A stretch of DNA of 64,000 nucleotides from Candidatus Sumerlaeia bacterium (lineage in GTDB: Bacteria; Sumerlaeota; Sumerlaeia; SLMS01; JANRJK01), in assembly GCA_033764015.1 (NCBI GenBank), contig JANRJK010000036.1, forward strand, positions 295,164 to 359,163, in the 5' to 3' direction. Position numbers and translations under genes: made by a program. Below are positions 9,036-22,378 of the stretch, one piece after another. Within the stretch, counting starts at the first letter, position 1; every line of letters begins with the position of its first letter. The notes beneath the pieces are model-generated. The model was not told where the DNA came from and did not search any database. It saw only the letters and a program-made list of their open reading frames with translations.

Positions 9036-11468
9036 TCAGTCGCCCGCCCGGACGACGACCACCTCGCCGGAACGCGTGGCCGCGGCGGCGGTGAGCGAGT
9101 AGGCGCGTCCATCGGGCAGCTCGACCAAGACTTGCACGGGCGCATTGATTGGCAAGGCGAAGTGGCCGAACCAGCCCGCTTCGTCGGATTGGTGGCCCGC
9201 GTCGGTGTGGTGGTCGCAGGCGCGGACGGCGGCGGTGTCGGCCGGGTCCAGGGGGATCAGGCGCAGGCGCGCGCCTTCGATCGGGGCTCCGCTGGCCGTG
9301 AGCGCCGCGATGCCCAGATAGCCCGCGGACGGGACGACGACGGGCGCCAGCTCCTGCACGCCCTCCTCGATGTCGAATCGCAGGCGCTGCGGCGCGCGGT
9401 CCGCCGCGGCGGTCGGCACCATGTCCACCGCGAACGAGCCCGGGACGAGGTCGCGCAGTTCGATCCAGCCGTCGGCGTCGGTGGTGGCGCCGAACAGCGG
9501 GTAGTGGGCGCCATCGAGGTACGCGCGCTGGAAGTAGGCGCCGGGCATCGGCGCGCCGGTCGGGCCGTCGATGACGCGCAGGCGGACGGTGGAGCGGGAG
9601 GGCTGGAGCGGCGCGAGCAGGCGCAGCGGGCGCTCCGCCTCGAGCCGGGCGGTGAGGCGCTGGCGGGCGAAGCCCGGGGCGGCGACGACCACCTCGTACT
9701 CGCCCGGGACGAGGCGCTCGATGAGGAGCAGGCCGTCCTCGCGCGGTTCGGAGAAGGGCGGGACGATCGTCTCGCGCGAGAAGGGGGACATGCCGGTGGC
9801 CATGGCGTAGGCGGCGGCGTGCGGGACGACGCGCCCCTGGGGGTCGCGGACCTCGATGGCGAGGTCCGCGCGCCGAAATTCGTAGTCGAAGCGCGAAGTC
9901 GATCCGTCCGCCGAGGGCCCCGCGACGCCGAGCCAGCGGTTCCGGTCGAAGACGTCGTAACGCGCGGCGGGGAGCTGGGTGTCGAACGCTCCTTGGGTGT
10001 CGGGCTGGAGAAGGATGCGGCGCGAGCGGCGGTCTCGGTGCCAGAGGGTGGTCTCGGCGTCGGCGGAGGTCTCGGCGTCGCCGAGGAACCGCCCGGCCAG
10101 CCGCATCGCCTCGGGGATCCGGAGCAGGAGGGGCGAGTCGGAGGGTGGTGGCCCGGGGAGGAAGAGTTCCACGGCCGGGTAGGCGGTGGCGCCTGCTTCG
10201 CGGGCGGTGAGGCGCAAGGGCCCGGGGGCGACCTCGAAACGGAAGGCGCGGTCCGGACCGAGCGCGAAGGTGCGCCGCATGGGGCCGAGGCGCTCGGCGG
10301 AACGCGCCGAGACGAGGAGCCCGCCGGAGGGGGCCGGCGGAGGGGAAACGGTGCCGGCGATCTCGACCGGGAGCGCGGCGGCGAGCGTCGCCGAGGTGTC
10401 GCCGTCGACGGTCACCAGTGTCGGCGGGAGTTGCACCTCGCCGATGGTGGGCTGTGCCCAGTAGCGCCCCGGGGACACGCGGGCGGTGCGGAACCACCCG
10501 TCGCCGATGCGGCCCATTGCGAGGAGGGATTGCTGGAACGCGCCCTCTGGCGCCTGCGCCAGCCGCAGGCCGGGATCGGAGGAGAGGGGGCCGATCTCGA
10601 TGTCGGGCGTCAGCGTGACCGAATAGGGGACATCGATCACCGCTCCCCCGGGGTCCATGAGCCGGACATCGAGCCGATGGCCCTCGGGGACTTCGAGGCG
10701 GCCAAGATCGAGTTCCTCCCCGGGCTTCACTTCGATCTGAAGGACGAGGACACCCCAGCCGATGGCGCGGGCTTCGATCCGCCACACCCCCGGAGGAAGC
10801 TTGTCGAGGCGGTAGGCGGCCTCCGTGCGCTGCGTGCGGAGGGTGGCGCGGGAGCCGCGCCGCCGCGGCGAATCCGGCATGCGGGCGCGCTCGAACGGTT
10901 CGCCGGGGCGGGACGCGAGGACGACCCAGTCGCCGAGCGGCTCGCCGTCGGTCCGCGCGATTGTCCCCGTGACGGCGCCGTTGGCGACGACGGGGATGGC
11001 GACTTCGCCCTGGGCTGGAGAAGGGATTTCGACAAAGTCGCCGGGGATCGAGTAGCCACCGCGTCGGAGTCGAAGGCGAACCGCCCGCCCCGGGGGGAGG
11101 GCGTCGAACCGGAAGCGCCCGTCGGGCGAGGCGCGGACCGCGAGCGGAGGCTTGGAGTGGCCGGGTTCGAGCCCGACCGTTTCGTGCGTGACCACCACGG
11201 AGGTCGTGGGGGCGGAGCCGTCGGGAAGGACGAGGCGGCCTTCGAGGGTCCAAAGCGCGGAAGGGTCCTTGGCGGTCGCGGGATAGAAGGCCGCCCACTC
11301 GGCGGCGGACCGGGAGCCCCATCGGTGGAGGGTCTCGCCGGCGCGCTCGGGATAGGGCGGCGGTCCGCCGGCGGGTGGCGCGTCCCAAGTGGCCGGACGG
11401 CGCAGGAGCATCGCCGCCGCGGCGGCGATGGCGGCGAGGGCCGCGAGGATGGCGAGGGCGCGCTTCAC
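9036..11468 (-). CDS. Membrane-anchored protein with repeated carboxypeptidase-regulatory-like (prealbumin/Cna-B) domains
   Basis: N-terminal anchor ([22 protein letters not shown]). Repeats such as [28 protein letters not shown] and [16 protein letters not shown]. Start at GTG 11468 inferred. Confidence 0.7.
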   Translation of the reverse strand: MKRALAILAALAAIAAAAAMLLRRPATWDAPPAGGPPPYPERAGETLHRWGSRSAAEWAAFYPATAKDPSALWTLEGRLVLPDGSAPTTSVVVTHETVGLEPGHSKPPLAVRASPDGRFRFDALPPGRAVRLRLRRGGYSIPGDFVEIPSPAQGEVAIPVVANGAVTGTIARTDGEPLGDWVVLASRPGEPFERARMPDSPRRRGSRATLRTQRTEAAYRLDKLPPGVWRIEARAIGWGVLVLQIEVKPGEELDLGRLEVPEGHRLDVRLMDPGGAVIDVPYSVTLTPDIEIGPLSSDPGLRLAQAPEGAFQQSLLAMGRIGDGWFRTARVSPGRYWAQPTIGEVQLPPTLVTVDGDTSATLAAALPVEIAGTVSPPPAPSGGLLVSARSAERLGPMRRTFALGPDRAFRFEVAPGPLRLTAREAGATAYPAVELFLPGPPPSDSPLLLRIPEAMRLAGRFLGDAETSADAETTLWHRDRRSRRILLQPDTQGAFDTQLPAARYDVFDRNRWLGVAGPSADGSTSRFDYEFRRADLAIEVRDPQGRVVPHAAAYAMATGMSPFSRETIVPPFSEPREDGLLLIERLVPGEYEVVVAAPGFARQRLTARLEAERPLRLLAPLQPSRSTVRLRVIDGPTGAPMPGAYFQRAYLDGAHYPLFGATTDADGWIELRDLVPGSFAVDMVPTAAADRAPQRLRFDIEEGVQELAPVVVPSAGYLGIAALTASGAPIEGARLRLIPLDPADTAAVRACDHHTDAGHQSDEAGWFGHFALPINAPVQVLVELPDGRAYSLTAAAATRSGEVVVVRAGD

Positions 11469-11662
11469 GGGGGCATGATGGCAGGCGGCGGGCCGTGCGT
11501 GAGCAAAATCGGCGGCCGGGTCGAAAAAGCCTCGCCCCAGCTTTCCGGCCACCTTGCGATTGGCGTCGGCGGCGAAGGCGCTACTGGGCCGCGCCGCCAC
11601 CAGCAGGCGTTCAGGATATCGAACCGCCCTCCAACGCGGAAGAACAGGAACCCAACCGAAAC

Positions 11663-14207
<2,545 letters not shown>

Positions 14208-14242
14208 TCCGGTCCACTCCGCCAAGACCAGCGATGTGAACG

Positions 14243-14279
14243 GGACGCGGGCCCCCCAGTGGCCCGCGTCCTCTATTTC
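14243..14279 (+). terminator. Probable intrinsic terminator after ahcY
   Basis: 11-bp perfect stem GGACGCGGGCC/GGCCCGCGTCC, 7-nt loop, followed by TCTATTTC. Confidence 0.6.
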
Positions 14280-14298
14280 AGGCAGGATGCGGCGAGCG

Positions 14299-15009
14299 AT
14301 GACGAGTCCGGCGGACATGCGCGCGGTGGTGCTGGCGGGGGGCAAGGGCACCCGCCTGCGCCCGTACACAACAGTGCTCCCGAAGCCGCTGATGCCGATC
14401 GGCGACAGGCCGATCCTCGCGATCGTGCTGGAGCGGCTCGCGGAGGCGGGCTTCCGAAAGGTCACGCTGAGCGTCGGCCACCTGGCCGAGATCATCATGG
14501 CGTTCTGCGGCGGCGGCGCGCGCTGGGGGCTCGAGATCGACTACGCGCACGAGGACGAGCCGCTCGGCACGATCGGGCCGCTGCGCATCATCCGCGACCT
14601 CGGACCGCGCTTCCTGGTGATGAACGGCGATGTGCTGACGGACCTGGACCTCGGCGACCTGGTGGCCTTCCACGCGGCGTCCGGCGCGGAGGCCACGGTG
14701 GCCACGCACCACCGCGTGCTCGGCATCGACTTCGGCGTGCTCGGGCTCGACGCGTCGGGGACGCGGATCGCGGCGTTCACGGAGAAGCCCCGCATTGAGC
14801 ACGACGTGTCGATGGGCGTCTACGTGCTGGACGGGACGGTGCTGCGGTTCGTTCCCGAGGGGCGTGCGTTCGGCTTCGACGGGCTGATGGCGGCGATGCT
14901 GGCGGAGGGCGCGCCGGTGGCGGCGTTCCGGCACCGGGGCGCGTGGCTGGACATCGGGCGCCCGGACGACTACGAGCGGGCGCAGGAGCTTTTCGGGCAG
15001 GCGCCCTGA
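14299..15009 (+). CDS. Sugar-1-phosphate nucleotidyltransferase (mannose-1-P guanylyltransferase-like)
   Basis: LAGGKGTRLRPYT..PKPL, EDEPLGT, NGDVLTD, FTEKP and WLDIG motifs. Start uncertain (14299 or 14317). Confidence 0.88.
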   Translation: MTSPADMRAVVLAGGKGTRLRPYTTVLPKPLMPIGDRPILAIVLERLAEAGFRKVTLSVGHLAEIIMAFCGGGARWGLEIDYAHEDEPLGTIGPLRIIRDLGPRFLVMNGDVLTDLDLGDLVAFHAASGAEATVATHHRVLGIDFGVLGLDASGTRIAAFTEKPRIEHDVSMGVYVLDGTVLRFVPEGRAFGFDGLMAAMLAEGAPVAAFRHRGAWLDIGRPDDYERAQELFGQAP

Positions 15010-15025
15010 GGGCGGGCCGCGCCCC

Positions 15026-16867
15026 TTACATCAACAGCAGGAACTCGCGCGTGAGGCCGTTCTCGTCGTAGTTCTCCGCGGCGACCAGCACACCCGCGGA
15101 GCGCAGCAGCCCGGTGACGAACGGCAGCATCTCGGCGGATTCCCCTTCGAGCGTGCCGGGCAGCATCCCGACCACGTCGTCGACGAGCTTGCCGAAGGCG
15201 GCGAGGGACATCGTGGAGCTGGAGTTGCGTGTGGGCGATAGGAGCCGGTTGGCGCGTTGGCCCGGGTCGCTGGTGGCCTGGCTGGCGACGCGCCCGGCGG
15301 CCGCGTCGAGGGCGGTCTTGATGCTTGCCGACTTAAGCGCGACGATCATGCGCCCGTCAGTGGTGATGGTGTAGGCGGGCGAAAAGCCGGCGGTCTTGAG
15401 GAAGTCGCCCACCGGGCCGAACTGGTTGCTGTCGAGCACGCGGAGCGTCTCGGCGCCGTGGGCCTCGTCGCGGAAGAAGTTGCTGGTGGCCATGACCATC
15501 TGGGTGGAGCCCTCGGACATGCCGGCCGCCATGCCGGAGAGCTGGCTGCCGATCAGCTCTTCGACCTTCACCATCGTCTCGCGCATCTTGGCCTCGTCGG
15601 CGAGCGTGGCCGCGATCAACGCGTCGCCGGTGACCGGCGGCATCGCGCCGGGGGAGGTCTTGATCTCGGTGAGGGCCAGCGAAACGTCGCTCCCGATGTT
15701 GGCGAGGAAGTCGTCCTGGACGCTGAAGCCACCGGTGCGGCTGATGTTGCCGATGCTGGCGCGGGTTTGGGCGGCCTGCGGCGCGGTGGCGGTGTTCTCC
15801 TCGAGTGCGGCCAGCATGAGGTCGAGCATCGCCGTGCCGTTGAAGTTGTTGATCGACGTGGCGACGAGCGAGTCCGCAGGCAGGTAGGCGGCGGTTGCGA
15901 AGCCGCGCGCGCTGGGTTGCGTGAGCGCCTGCATGCCGCGCTCCGTGGAGGTGAGCACCTCGGTCGGAGTGAACTGGGTGAACTTCACGTGGTCGCTCTG
16001 GAAGTCGCCGATGAATGCGAAGTCTCGTTCGACGAACGCGCGGCCCTGCGTCAGCTCCTGCGCGGGAAGCTGGGCGATTTCCGTGGCGGCCTGCAGGATC
16101 GAGCGTCCGTCGCCGAACACCCACATCTGGTGCGGGAGCGCGTCGAGCGACGCGAAGGAGCGGCGGAACGCCTGCGACTGGACCGTGGTGGCGCCGCCGC
16201 GCCCGTCGAGCGCGGCATAGACGGAGGATTGCGTGTTGCCGACGACGAGGACGGAGGGGAGCGCGGCGACGTGGAGTTCGAACCCGCGGAAGCTCCAGAC
16301 TTCGACGCCTTCCAGCGCGGTGCGGCTGAGGATCGTCGAGGTGTCGCCGACGGTTTCGCCTTCGGCGCCGCGGACTTCGTTCTTCAAGTGGTCGAGGATC
16401 CGCCCGGGGGCCTGCGGGTTGTGGAAGGCGAGCACCGCGACGACGGGGGCGCGGAGGCCCCCGGGCTGCTGCACCGGCGGAAGCAGGTAGACGTCGAAGC
16501 CGCGGATCCCCTCCTCGGAGAAGAGCCGGTCCGGGAGGAGCGGCAGGCCGATGGCCTCCTCGATCTTGGGCATTTCGCGCTTGAAGATGAGGGCGTTCGC
16601 GGAGCCTCCCGCCATGCCTTCGTAGGCGCGCTGCTCGAGGGCCTTCCAGAGCGGCGTGCGGGAGAGGCCGGCCCACATGCCCTTGGCGTCGGGGACGGAG
16701 ACGATGGCGAGGGTCCCCTCGGGGGTGCGCCCCGGGACCGCGAGGTCCGCGGCGGCGCCTGCGCACGGAAGCGCGAGGGCCGCGGCGGCCGCGAGTGCGC
16801 GAAGCGCGCGGGTCGGCGCCTTGCCGGTCTCGATGCGCGCGCGGGTCGGTGCGATGCGGGTGCCCAT
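15026..16867 (-). CDS. Secreted hypothetical protein (DUF3352-like)
   Basis: Signal peptide ending AAA-D. Two related halves (VPGRTPEGTLAIVS / AAYLPADSLVATS), typical of DUF3352-like periplasmic proteins. Confidence 0.6.
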   Translation of the reverse strand: MGTRIAPTRARIETGKAPTRALRALAAAAALALPCAGAAADLAVPGRTPEGTLAIVSVPDAKGMWAGLSRTPLWKALEQRAYEGMAGGSANALIFKREMPKIEEAIGLPLLPDRLFSEEGIRGFDVYLLPPVQQPGGLRAPVVAVLAFHNPQAPGRILDHLKNEVRGAEGETVGDTSTILSRTALEGVEVWSFRGFELHVAALPSVLVVGNTQSSVYAALDGRGGATTVQSQAFRRSFASLDALPHQMWVFGDGRSILQAATEIAQLPAQELTQGRAFVERDFAFIGDFQSDHVKFTQFTPTEVLTSTERGMQALTQPSARGFATAAYLPADSLVATSINNFNGTAMLDLMLAALEENTATAPQAAQTRASIGNISRTGGFSVQDDFLANIGSDVSLALTEIKTSPGAMPPVTGDALIAATLADEAKMRETMVKVEELIGSQLSGMAAGMSEGSTQMVMATSNFFRDEAHGAETLRVLDSNQFGPVGDFLKTAGFSPAYTITTDGRMIVALKSASIKTALDAAAGRVASQATSDPGQRANRLLSPTRNSSSTMSLAAFGKLVDDVVGMLPGTLEGESAEMLPFVTGLLRSAGVLVAAENYDENGLTREFLLLM

Positions 16868-16906
16868 GTCTTCGGAGCCTTTCCTTCGGTGGCGGGGTGT
16901 CTGCGG

Positions 16907-17497
16907 TCAGCCTGCGTCGGGTAGGGGGAACTTGACAACGAGGTAAATGAGCGCCTCGCGCTTTCCGCGTCCCTTGATGACGTGGCGGACGTCGGCGCGG
17001 TAGCGGACCGTCTCGAGGGTCTTGACGTGGCGCGGCGGCTCGTTGCCGAGCAGCACCTCGACCTCGCCGCGGACGACCGTCAGGGTTTCGAAGGTGCCGG
17101 CGTTGTGCGGCTTCGAGTCCATGTTCCCGTTGGGCGCCATGCGCACCAGGTACATCTCGACGTGCTCGGCCATGTCGATGGTGGAGAGGATCTGGATCCG
17201 GTAGCCGTTCTTCTTGGAGGCGAGGGTGGGGCAGTTCTCCTCGGTGAGGTGGGCGATGGAGAGCTCCTCGCGCGCGGGCTCGCCCTCGAGGAGATCCTGC
17301 AGGCGGATGCCCAGGCCGGTGGCGAGCTTCCACACGACCGCGAGGGTCGGGTTCACCTGGCCGTTCTCGATCTGGCTGATCATGCCCTTGGAGACGCCGG
17401 AGACGTTGGCGAGCTCCTGCAGGGAGAGCTTCTTCTCGGCGCGCCGCTGCGCGAGGAGTTCGCCGATCAGCGGCGGGGCCGGGGTGCCGTTCGACAT
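16907..17497 (-). CDS. XRE-family transcriptional regulator with cupin domain
   Basis: HTH LSLQELANVSGVSKGMISQIENGQVNPT. Cupin motif PHNAGTFETLTVVRG. SD GGAGGT before ATG 17497. Confidence 0.92.
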   Translation of the reverse strand: MSNGTPAPPLIGELLAQRRAEKKLSLQELANVSGVSKGMISQIENGQVNPTLAVVWKLATGLGIRLQDLLEGEPAREELSIAHLTEENCPTLASKKNGYRIQILSTIDMAEHVEMYLVRMAPNGNMDSKPHNAGTFETLTVVRGEVEVLLGNEPPRHVKTLETVRYRADVRHVIKGRGKREALIYLVVKFPLPDAG

Positions 17498-17608
17498 GCG
17501 CGTGACCTCCAAGAGGCCGCCGTCGACGCGGCGGCGCGAATGCCCATCACAACTCGACTTTGGAAAGAACCCCGGCGCCGCACGGGGGCAAGGCGCAAGC
17601 GCGAGCCG

Positions 17609-18796
17609 CTAGGTCCGGAATTGGCCGATCAGCGCGAAGGCGACGACAACCGCCCAGGAGGGCGTCCGGAAGCGCCCGAGGAGGACTGCGCCGCCAATCG
17701 CCAGCAGCGGGTCGATGGCGGACCGCAGGCCGGCCTGCGCCACGGGGCCCAGCAGCGCGGCGAGCAGCACGCCGACGACCGCCGCGTTGGCGCCGGCCAG
17801 CGCGCCTTGCGCGCCGGGCCGGGCGCGCAGGCGTTCCCAGCGCGGCCAAACCCCGGCGACCAGAAGCCAGCCCGGAAGCATGAGCGCTAGCAGGGTGGCC
17901 GTCCCGAGGGCCTGCGGGGCGGGGGAGTCCATCGCCGCGCCCAGGAAGGCGGCGAAGCTGAAGAGCGGGCCCGGGAGCGCCTGCGCCGCGCCGTACCCGG
18001 CGAGGAACGCGTCGCGCGGCACCCATCCGGGGCCGACGATCTCCGATTCAAGCAGGGGCAGCACCACATGGCCGCCGCCGAACACCATCGCCCCCGCCCG
18101 GTAGAAAGCGGCGAGCCGCCCGGCCCACTCCCCCGCCGACGGGCCGGCGAAGGACAGCAGCAGCAGCGCGCCGAAAAGCGCCAGCCACGCCAGAGACCCG
18201 GGTGGGGATCCCGAATGGCTCGGGGCCTCCGCCCGAATCCCCCCCGCGAGCCAGCGCCGACCCGCGAGGGCGCCCACGGCGATCACCGCCATCTGGGCGA
18301 AAGGCGAAGCGACCAGCCCGAGGACCGCGGCGGTCGCCAACGCGATGGCGGCGCGCGGCAGGTCCGGCGCGAGTTTGCGCGCCATCGCCCACACGGCCTG
18401 GGCCACCACGGCGACGGCGGCCAGCTTGAGCCCCGAGACCCAGCCCGCGGCGCCGGGCGAGCCGAGCCTGTCGAACAGCCCGGCGAACAGCAGCATCAAG
18501 GCGGCGGAGGGCGCCAGGAACCCGGCGGAGGCGGCGATCGCGCCGGGCCATCCGCGCTTGCGGAGGCCGATGCCGAAGACGACCTGGCTGCTGGCGGGGC
18601 CGGGGAGGAACTGGCAGAGCGCGACGAGGTCGGCGTACTCCCCCTCGCCGAGCCACCGCCGGCGGACGACGAACTCCTCGCGCAGGTAGGCCAGGTGCGC
18701 GACGGGCCCGCCGAAGCTGGTGCAACCCAACCTCAGGAACACGCCAACGAGCGCGGTCAGTGCCGGTGCGGGGCGCCCCGTCGCGGCGGGTTCCAT
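17609..18796 (-). CDS. chrA: Chromate efflux transporter, long-chain CHR family
   Basis: FLRLGCTSFGGPVAHL, CQFLPGPASSQ, VFGGGHVVLPLL and AQALPGPLF motifs. Confidence 0.93.
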   Translation of the reverse strand: MEPAATGRPAPALTALVGVFLRLGCTSFGGPVAHLAYLREEFVVRRRWLGEGEYADLVALCQFLPGPASSQVVFGIGLRKRGWPGAIAASAGFLAPSAALMLLFAGLFDRLGSPGAAGWVSGLKLAAVAVVAQAVWAMARKLAPDLPRAAIALATAAVLGLVASPFAQMAVIAVGALAGRRWLAGGIRAEAPSHSGSPPGSLAWLALFGALLLLSFAGPSAGEWAGRLAAFYRAGAMVFGGGHVVLPLLESEIVGPGWVPRDAFLAGYGAAQALPGPLFSFAAFLGAAMDSPAPQALGTATLLALMLPGWLLVAGVWPRWERLRARPGAQGALAGANAAVVGVLLAALLGPVAQAGLRSAIDPLLAIGGAVLLGRFRTPSWAVVVAFALIGQFRT

Positions 18797-18816
18797 GCGG
18801 GGCGCGCGCGGGACTG

Positions 18817-20808
18817 CTAGCCGAGCTCCTCGAGTTCCTTGGCGAGCCGCTCTTCGGCCTCCTGCGCCTCGATCCACGCCTCGTCGAGCTTGGCCTTCGC
18901 GGCCTTCCACTTCTCGAGGTCGGCGGCGAGCGCGCCGAGCTTCCTGTGGTCCGCGGCGTTGGACGGGTCGGCGATCTGGTTCTCGAGTTCGTTGATCGAG
19001 GCCTCGACGTCGTACATCTTGTCCTCGAGCTCGGCGATGCGCTTCTCGGCGAGGCGGTGCTCGCGGCTCGCGCGCTTGATGGCCGCGTCGCGGTCGCGCT
19101 TCTCGAGCTTGGGCTGCTCGGGCTCGGCGGGCTTGGGGGCGGCGGACTTGCGGAGCGCCTTGGCGGGCGCGGGGGGCGCGCCGCTGGCGGCCTCGGCCAT
19201 CGCCTTCTTGCGGTCGACGTACTCCGAGTACGTGCCCGGGTAGCTCGTCAGCTTCGAACCCTCGATCTCGACCACCCGCGTCGTCACCGCATCGAGGAAG
19301 TAGCGGTCGTGGGAGACGAGGAGCACCGAGCCGTCGTACTGGCGCAGCGCCTCCTCCAGCGTGAGGCGCGAGCCGAGGTCGAGGTGGTTGGTGGGTTCGT
19401 CCATCAGGAGGAGGTTCGCCTTGCCGCAGAGCATCTTGGCGAGGCGGAGGCGGGTGCGCTCGCCGCCGGACAGCACGGAGACCTTCTTCTCGATGTCCTC
19501 GCCGCGGAAGAGGAACGCGCCGAGGACGGACCGCGCCATGCCGGAGACCTCGAGCGGGGCGGCGGCGAGGAACTCGTCGAGCACCGTGTTCTCCGGGTGG
19601 AGGTCTTCGACGTCGTACTGGGCGAAGTAGGCGAAGTCGACGTTGCCGCCGAAGGTCACCTCTCCGGCCTCGCGCGCGAGGCGCCCCGCGAGGATCCGCA
19701 TGAAGGTGGTCTTGCCGGCGCCGTTGTGGCCCGCGAGGGCCACCTTTTCGCCGCGGTAGATCGTGAGGCCGATGCCGTCGAGCACCTTGAGGGGGCCGTA
19801 GGACTTTGCGATGCCCTCGGCGACGAGCACCTCCTTGCCGCTGCGCGGGGCGGGCGGGAAGCGGAAGGCGATGGTCTTGTTGTCGCCCATGTCCGGCTCG
19901 TCGACCAGGTCCATCTTGTCGATCATCTTCAAGCGGGACTGGACGGCGGATGCCTTGGTCGCCTTGGAGCGGAAGCGGTCGATGAACTTCTGGTGGTGCG
20001 CGAGCATCTGCTGCTGGTTCTTCCAGACGCGGAGCGCCATCTGGCGGCGCTCCTCGCGCTGCATGATCGAGGACGAGTAGTTGCCGTCGTAGAGGTGGGC
20101 CTCGCCGCTGTCGAGCTCGACGACCTTCGTCACGAGCGCGTCCATGAACATGCGCTCGTGGGAGACCATCAGGACGGAGCCGGTGTGGCCGCGGATCCAG
20201 TCGGCGAGCCACTCGATGGACTCGATGTCGAGGTGGTTCGTGGGCTCGTCGAGGAGGAGGATGTCGGGGTTGCGGAGCAGGAGCCGCGCGAGCGCGATGC
20301 GCATCTGCCAGCCGCCGGAGAACTCGCGGCACTTGCGGCGGCGGTCCTTCGGGAGGAAGCCGAGGCCGTCGAGCACGCGGCCGATCTGCGCGTCCATGGT
20401 GTAGACGTCGCGCCGCTCCATCTCGTGCATGAGGTATTCGTAGCGGTCGGCGATGTCGGCGAACTCGGGCGTGTCGTGCGCGACGTGCGCCATGCGCTCC
20501 TCGAGGGTGCGCATCTCCGCCTCGTGCTCGAGCACCTCGACGAAGACCGCGCGGCACTCCTCCTCGACGGAGTTGTCCGTGTTCATTTCGAGGTTCTGGG
20601 GCAGGTAGCCGAGCTCCGCGGAGTGCGGGTAGGTGACGGCTCCGGATTCAGGCGAGATCTCGCCGGCGATGACCTTCAGCAGGGTGGACTTGCCCATGCC
20701 GTTGGGGCCGATGATCGCCGCGCGGGCACCGTCGTCCACGCGGAACGATACTCCGTCGAGGATGGTGCGGCCTCCGAAGTGGAGGGTGACATTCTGTACG
20801 TCGAACAT
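18817..20808 (-). CDS. ABC-F family ribosome-associated ATPase
   Basis: Two ABC domains (GPNGMGKST, FSGGWQMR, DEPTNHLD; GHNGAGKTT, LSGGE), no TMs, C-terminal coiled coil. SD AAGGAG. Confidence 0.94.
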   Translation of the reverse strand: MFDVQNVTLHFGGRTILDGVSFRVDDGARAAIIGPNGMGKSTLLKVIAGEISPESGAVTYPHSAELGYLPQNLEMNTDNSVEEECRAVFVEVLEHEAEMRTLEERMAHVAHDTPEFADIADRYEYLMHEMERRDVYTMDAQIGRVLDGLGFLPKDRRRKCREFSGGWQMRIALARLLLRNPDILLLDEPTNHLDIESIEWLADWIRGHTGSVLMVSHERMFMDALVTKVVELDSGEAHLYDGNYSSSIMQREERRQMALRVWKNQQQMLAHHQKFIDRFRSKATKASAVQSRLKMIDKMDLVDEPDMGDNKTIAFRFPPAPRSGKEVLVAEGIAKSYGPLKVLDGIGLTIYRGEKVALAGHNGAGKTTFMRILAGRLAREAGEVTFGGNVDFAYFAQYDVEDLHPENTVLDEFLAAAPLEVSGMARSVLGAFLFRGEDIEKKVSVLSGGERTRLRLAKMLCGKANLLLMDEPTNHLDLGSRLTLEEALRQYDGSVLLVSHDRYFLDAVTTRVVEIEGSKLTSYPGTYSEYVDRKKAMAEAASGAPPAPAKALRKSAAPKPAEPEQPKLEKRDRDAAIKRASREHRLAEKRIAELEDKMYDVEASINELENQIADPSNAADHRKLGALAADLEKWKAAKAKLDEAWIEAQEAEERLAKELEELG

Positions 20809-20830
20809 GCGCGGCTCCTTGCCGGGCGCG

Positions 20831-20859
20831 AGGATTCGCGCGGAGCCCGGGGGTGTCAA
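20831..20859 (-). promoter_or_regulatory. Candidate sigma70 promoter for ABC-F/chrA
   Basis: TTGACA (20854-20859), 17 nt, AATCCT (20831-20836), just upstream of the SD. Confidence 0.55.
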
Positions 20860-20879
20860 GGCGCGCGCCGGGCGGGCCG

Positions 20880-21341
20880 TTAGGGACGCGCGATGCGCAG
20901 CGCTCCGGCCCGGGCCTCCTCGACGATTTCCCGCACGGGAACGCCGAGGCGTTCCGCCAGGGCGCGGCAGTCCTCGAACTCCGGCGCCGCGCGCAGCGGA
21001 CGCCCATCGAGCAGGGCCACCTTGACGCGCACCTCGCCGCCGCGCAGCGGGAGGGTCCGCTCCTCGCGCCGCAGCGCGTGGCGGCGCACCCGCGATTCGC
21101 GCACGCCGAGCGTGGCGGTGTGCGTGAGGAGGAACTCGACGAAGCGCGGCGCGTCGGCGGGCTCGCAGAGGATCTCGACGCGGAGGCCCGCGCGTCCCTT
21201 CTTCATGTGCGTGGGGACAACCACGCAGTCGAGGGCGCCGAGCGAGAGCGCCTTGGCCTGCGCGTCGGCGACCACCTGTGGCGACTCGTCGTCCAGGTCC
21301 GCGGCGAGCATCGCCAGTTCGCGCGTTTCCCAGTCGGCCAT
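20880..21341 (-). CDS. LarC C-terminal domain (LarC2-like), stand-alone
   Basis: ADLDD, MKKGR, TATLGVR, VRVKVA and PEFEDC motifs. Only 153 aa. ATG overlaps the thiL stop (TGATG). Confidence 0.85.
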   Translation of the reverse strand: MADWETRELAMLAADLDDESPQVVADAQAKALSLGALDCVVVPTHMKKGRAGLRVEILCEPADAPRFVEFLLTHTATLGVRESRVRRHALRREERTLPLRGGEVRVKVALLDGRPLRAAPEFEDCRALAERLGVPVREIVEEARAGALRIARP

Positions 21342-22378
21342 CAGTGCGCCGCTCCCGGATCGCGGAAGTGCTCGAAGCCGCCGGGGCCCAGCGGCTCGCG
21401 GCGCCCGCCGGACCGCTCGAGGAAGACGCCGGCGCCCGCCTCGACCCGTCCGACTCGGCGGGGCGGCGCGAGGCCGGCGGCGGCGAAGGCTTCGGCCACG
21501 CGGGCCTCGTCCGTCGGCAGGCACGCGACGAGCTCGTAGTCCTCGCCGCCGTACAGCAGCAGGTCGAGCGCGTCCTGTCCCGTCTCGCGCGCGAAGGCGC
21601 CGAGCCCGGGCGAGGGCGTCAGCGCGTCCTCGAAGAGGACGACGGCGGCGGCGCTTTGCCGGGCGACCTCCCAGCACTCATGCGCGACGCCGTCGCTGAC
21701 GTCGATCATCGCGAGGCGCGGCGCGAGCGACGCGAGCAGGCGCCCCTCGGCGAGGCGCGGCGTCGGCGCCAGATGCCGCGCGACGAGCGCCGAATGGTCG
21801 CCGCGCGCGGCCGGCGCGTGGCCTTCGAGGAGCTCGAGGCCCGCCGCGCTCTCGCCCGGCGAGCCGGTCAGGTAGACGAAGTCGCCGGGACGCGCGGCGC
21901 CCCGGGCGGCGACCGGCGCCGACTCCCGCACACGGCCCGAGAGCGACAGCGTAAGGCACCACTGCGGCGCGTGGACCACGTCGCCGCCGATCAGGCGCGC
22001 ACCGTGCGCTTGGAGCTCGGCGGCGAGACCTTCGAAGAACTCGACCGCGTCGCGCGCTGCGGCGTCACCGGGCGCGGCGAAGGAGAGGAGCGCCGACTCG
22101 GGCTCGGCGCCCATCGCCGCGAGGTCGCTAAGGTTCGAAGCGGCGAGCTTGCGCCCCACGAGGCGGGGCGAATTGCGCTTCCACCAGCGGAAGTGGACGC
22201 CCTCGACCATCGTGTCGAGCGTCCACACCTGCCGCGTCCCCGGCGGCGGGGCCGGCAGCACCGCGGCGTCGTCCCCCGTGCCAAGGACGAGCCCCTCGGA
22301 GTGCCGCGAAAGGAGCGGGCGCAGCCGTTCGAGCAGGCCCCGCTCGCCCAGGGAGGCGAGGGTATCGGGCGCGCTCAC
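21341..22378 (-). CDS. thiL: Thiamine-monophosphate kinase
   Basis: GDDAAV, D.MVEGVHF, NLSDLAAMGA, LIGGD, MIDVSDG and GGEDYEL motifs. Confidence 0.94.
   Translation of the reverse strand: MSAPDTLASLGERGLLERLRPLLSRHSEGLVLGTGDDAAVLPAPPPGTRQVWTLDTMVEGVHFRWWKRNSPRLVGRKLAASNLSDLAAMGAEPESALLSFAAPGDAAARDAVEFFEGLAAELQAHGARLIGGDVVHAPQWCLTLSLSGRVRESAPVAARGAARPGDFVYLTGSPGESAAGLELLEGHAPAARGDHSALVARHLAPTPRLAEGRLLASLAPRLAMIDVSDGVAHECWEVARQSAAAVVLFEDALTPSPGLGAFARETGQDALDLLLYGGEDYELVACLPTDEARVAEAFAAAGLAPPRRVGRVEAGAGVFLERSGGRREPLGPGGFEHFRDPGAAH

Noticed and set aside
11470..11662. SAM or SAH riboswitch upstream of metK-ahcY
   Set aside because: No match by eye to SAM-I, SAM-II, SAH or SAM/SAH consensus motifs; an Rfam scan would be decisive.
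17609..20557. Apparent 982-aa fusion ending in ChrA
   Set aside because: The upstream part is an alternative frame of the ABC-F gene; ChrA starts near 18796.
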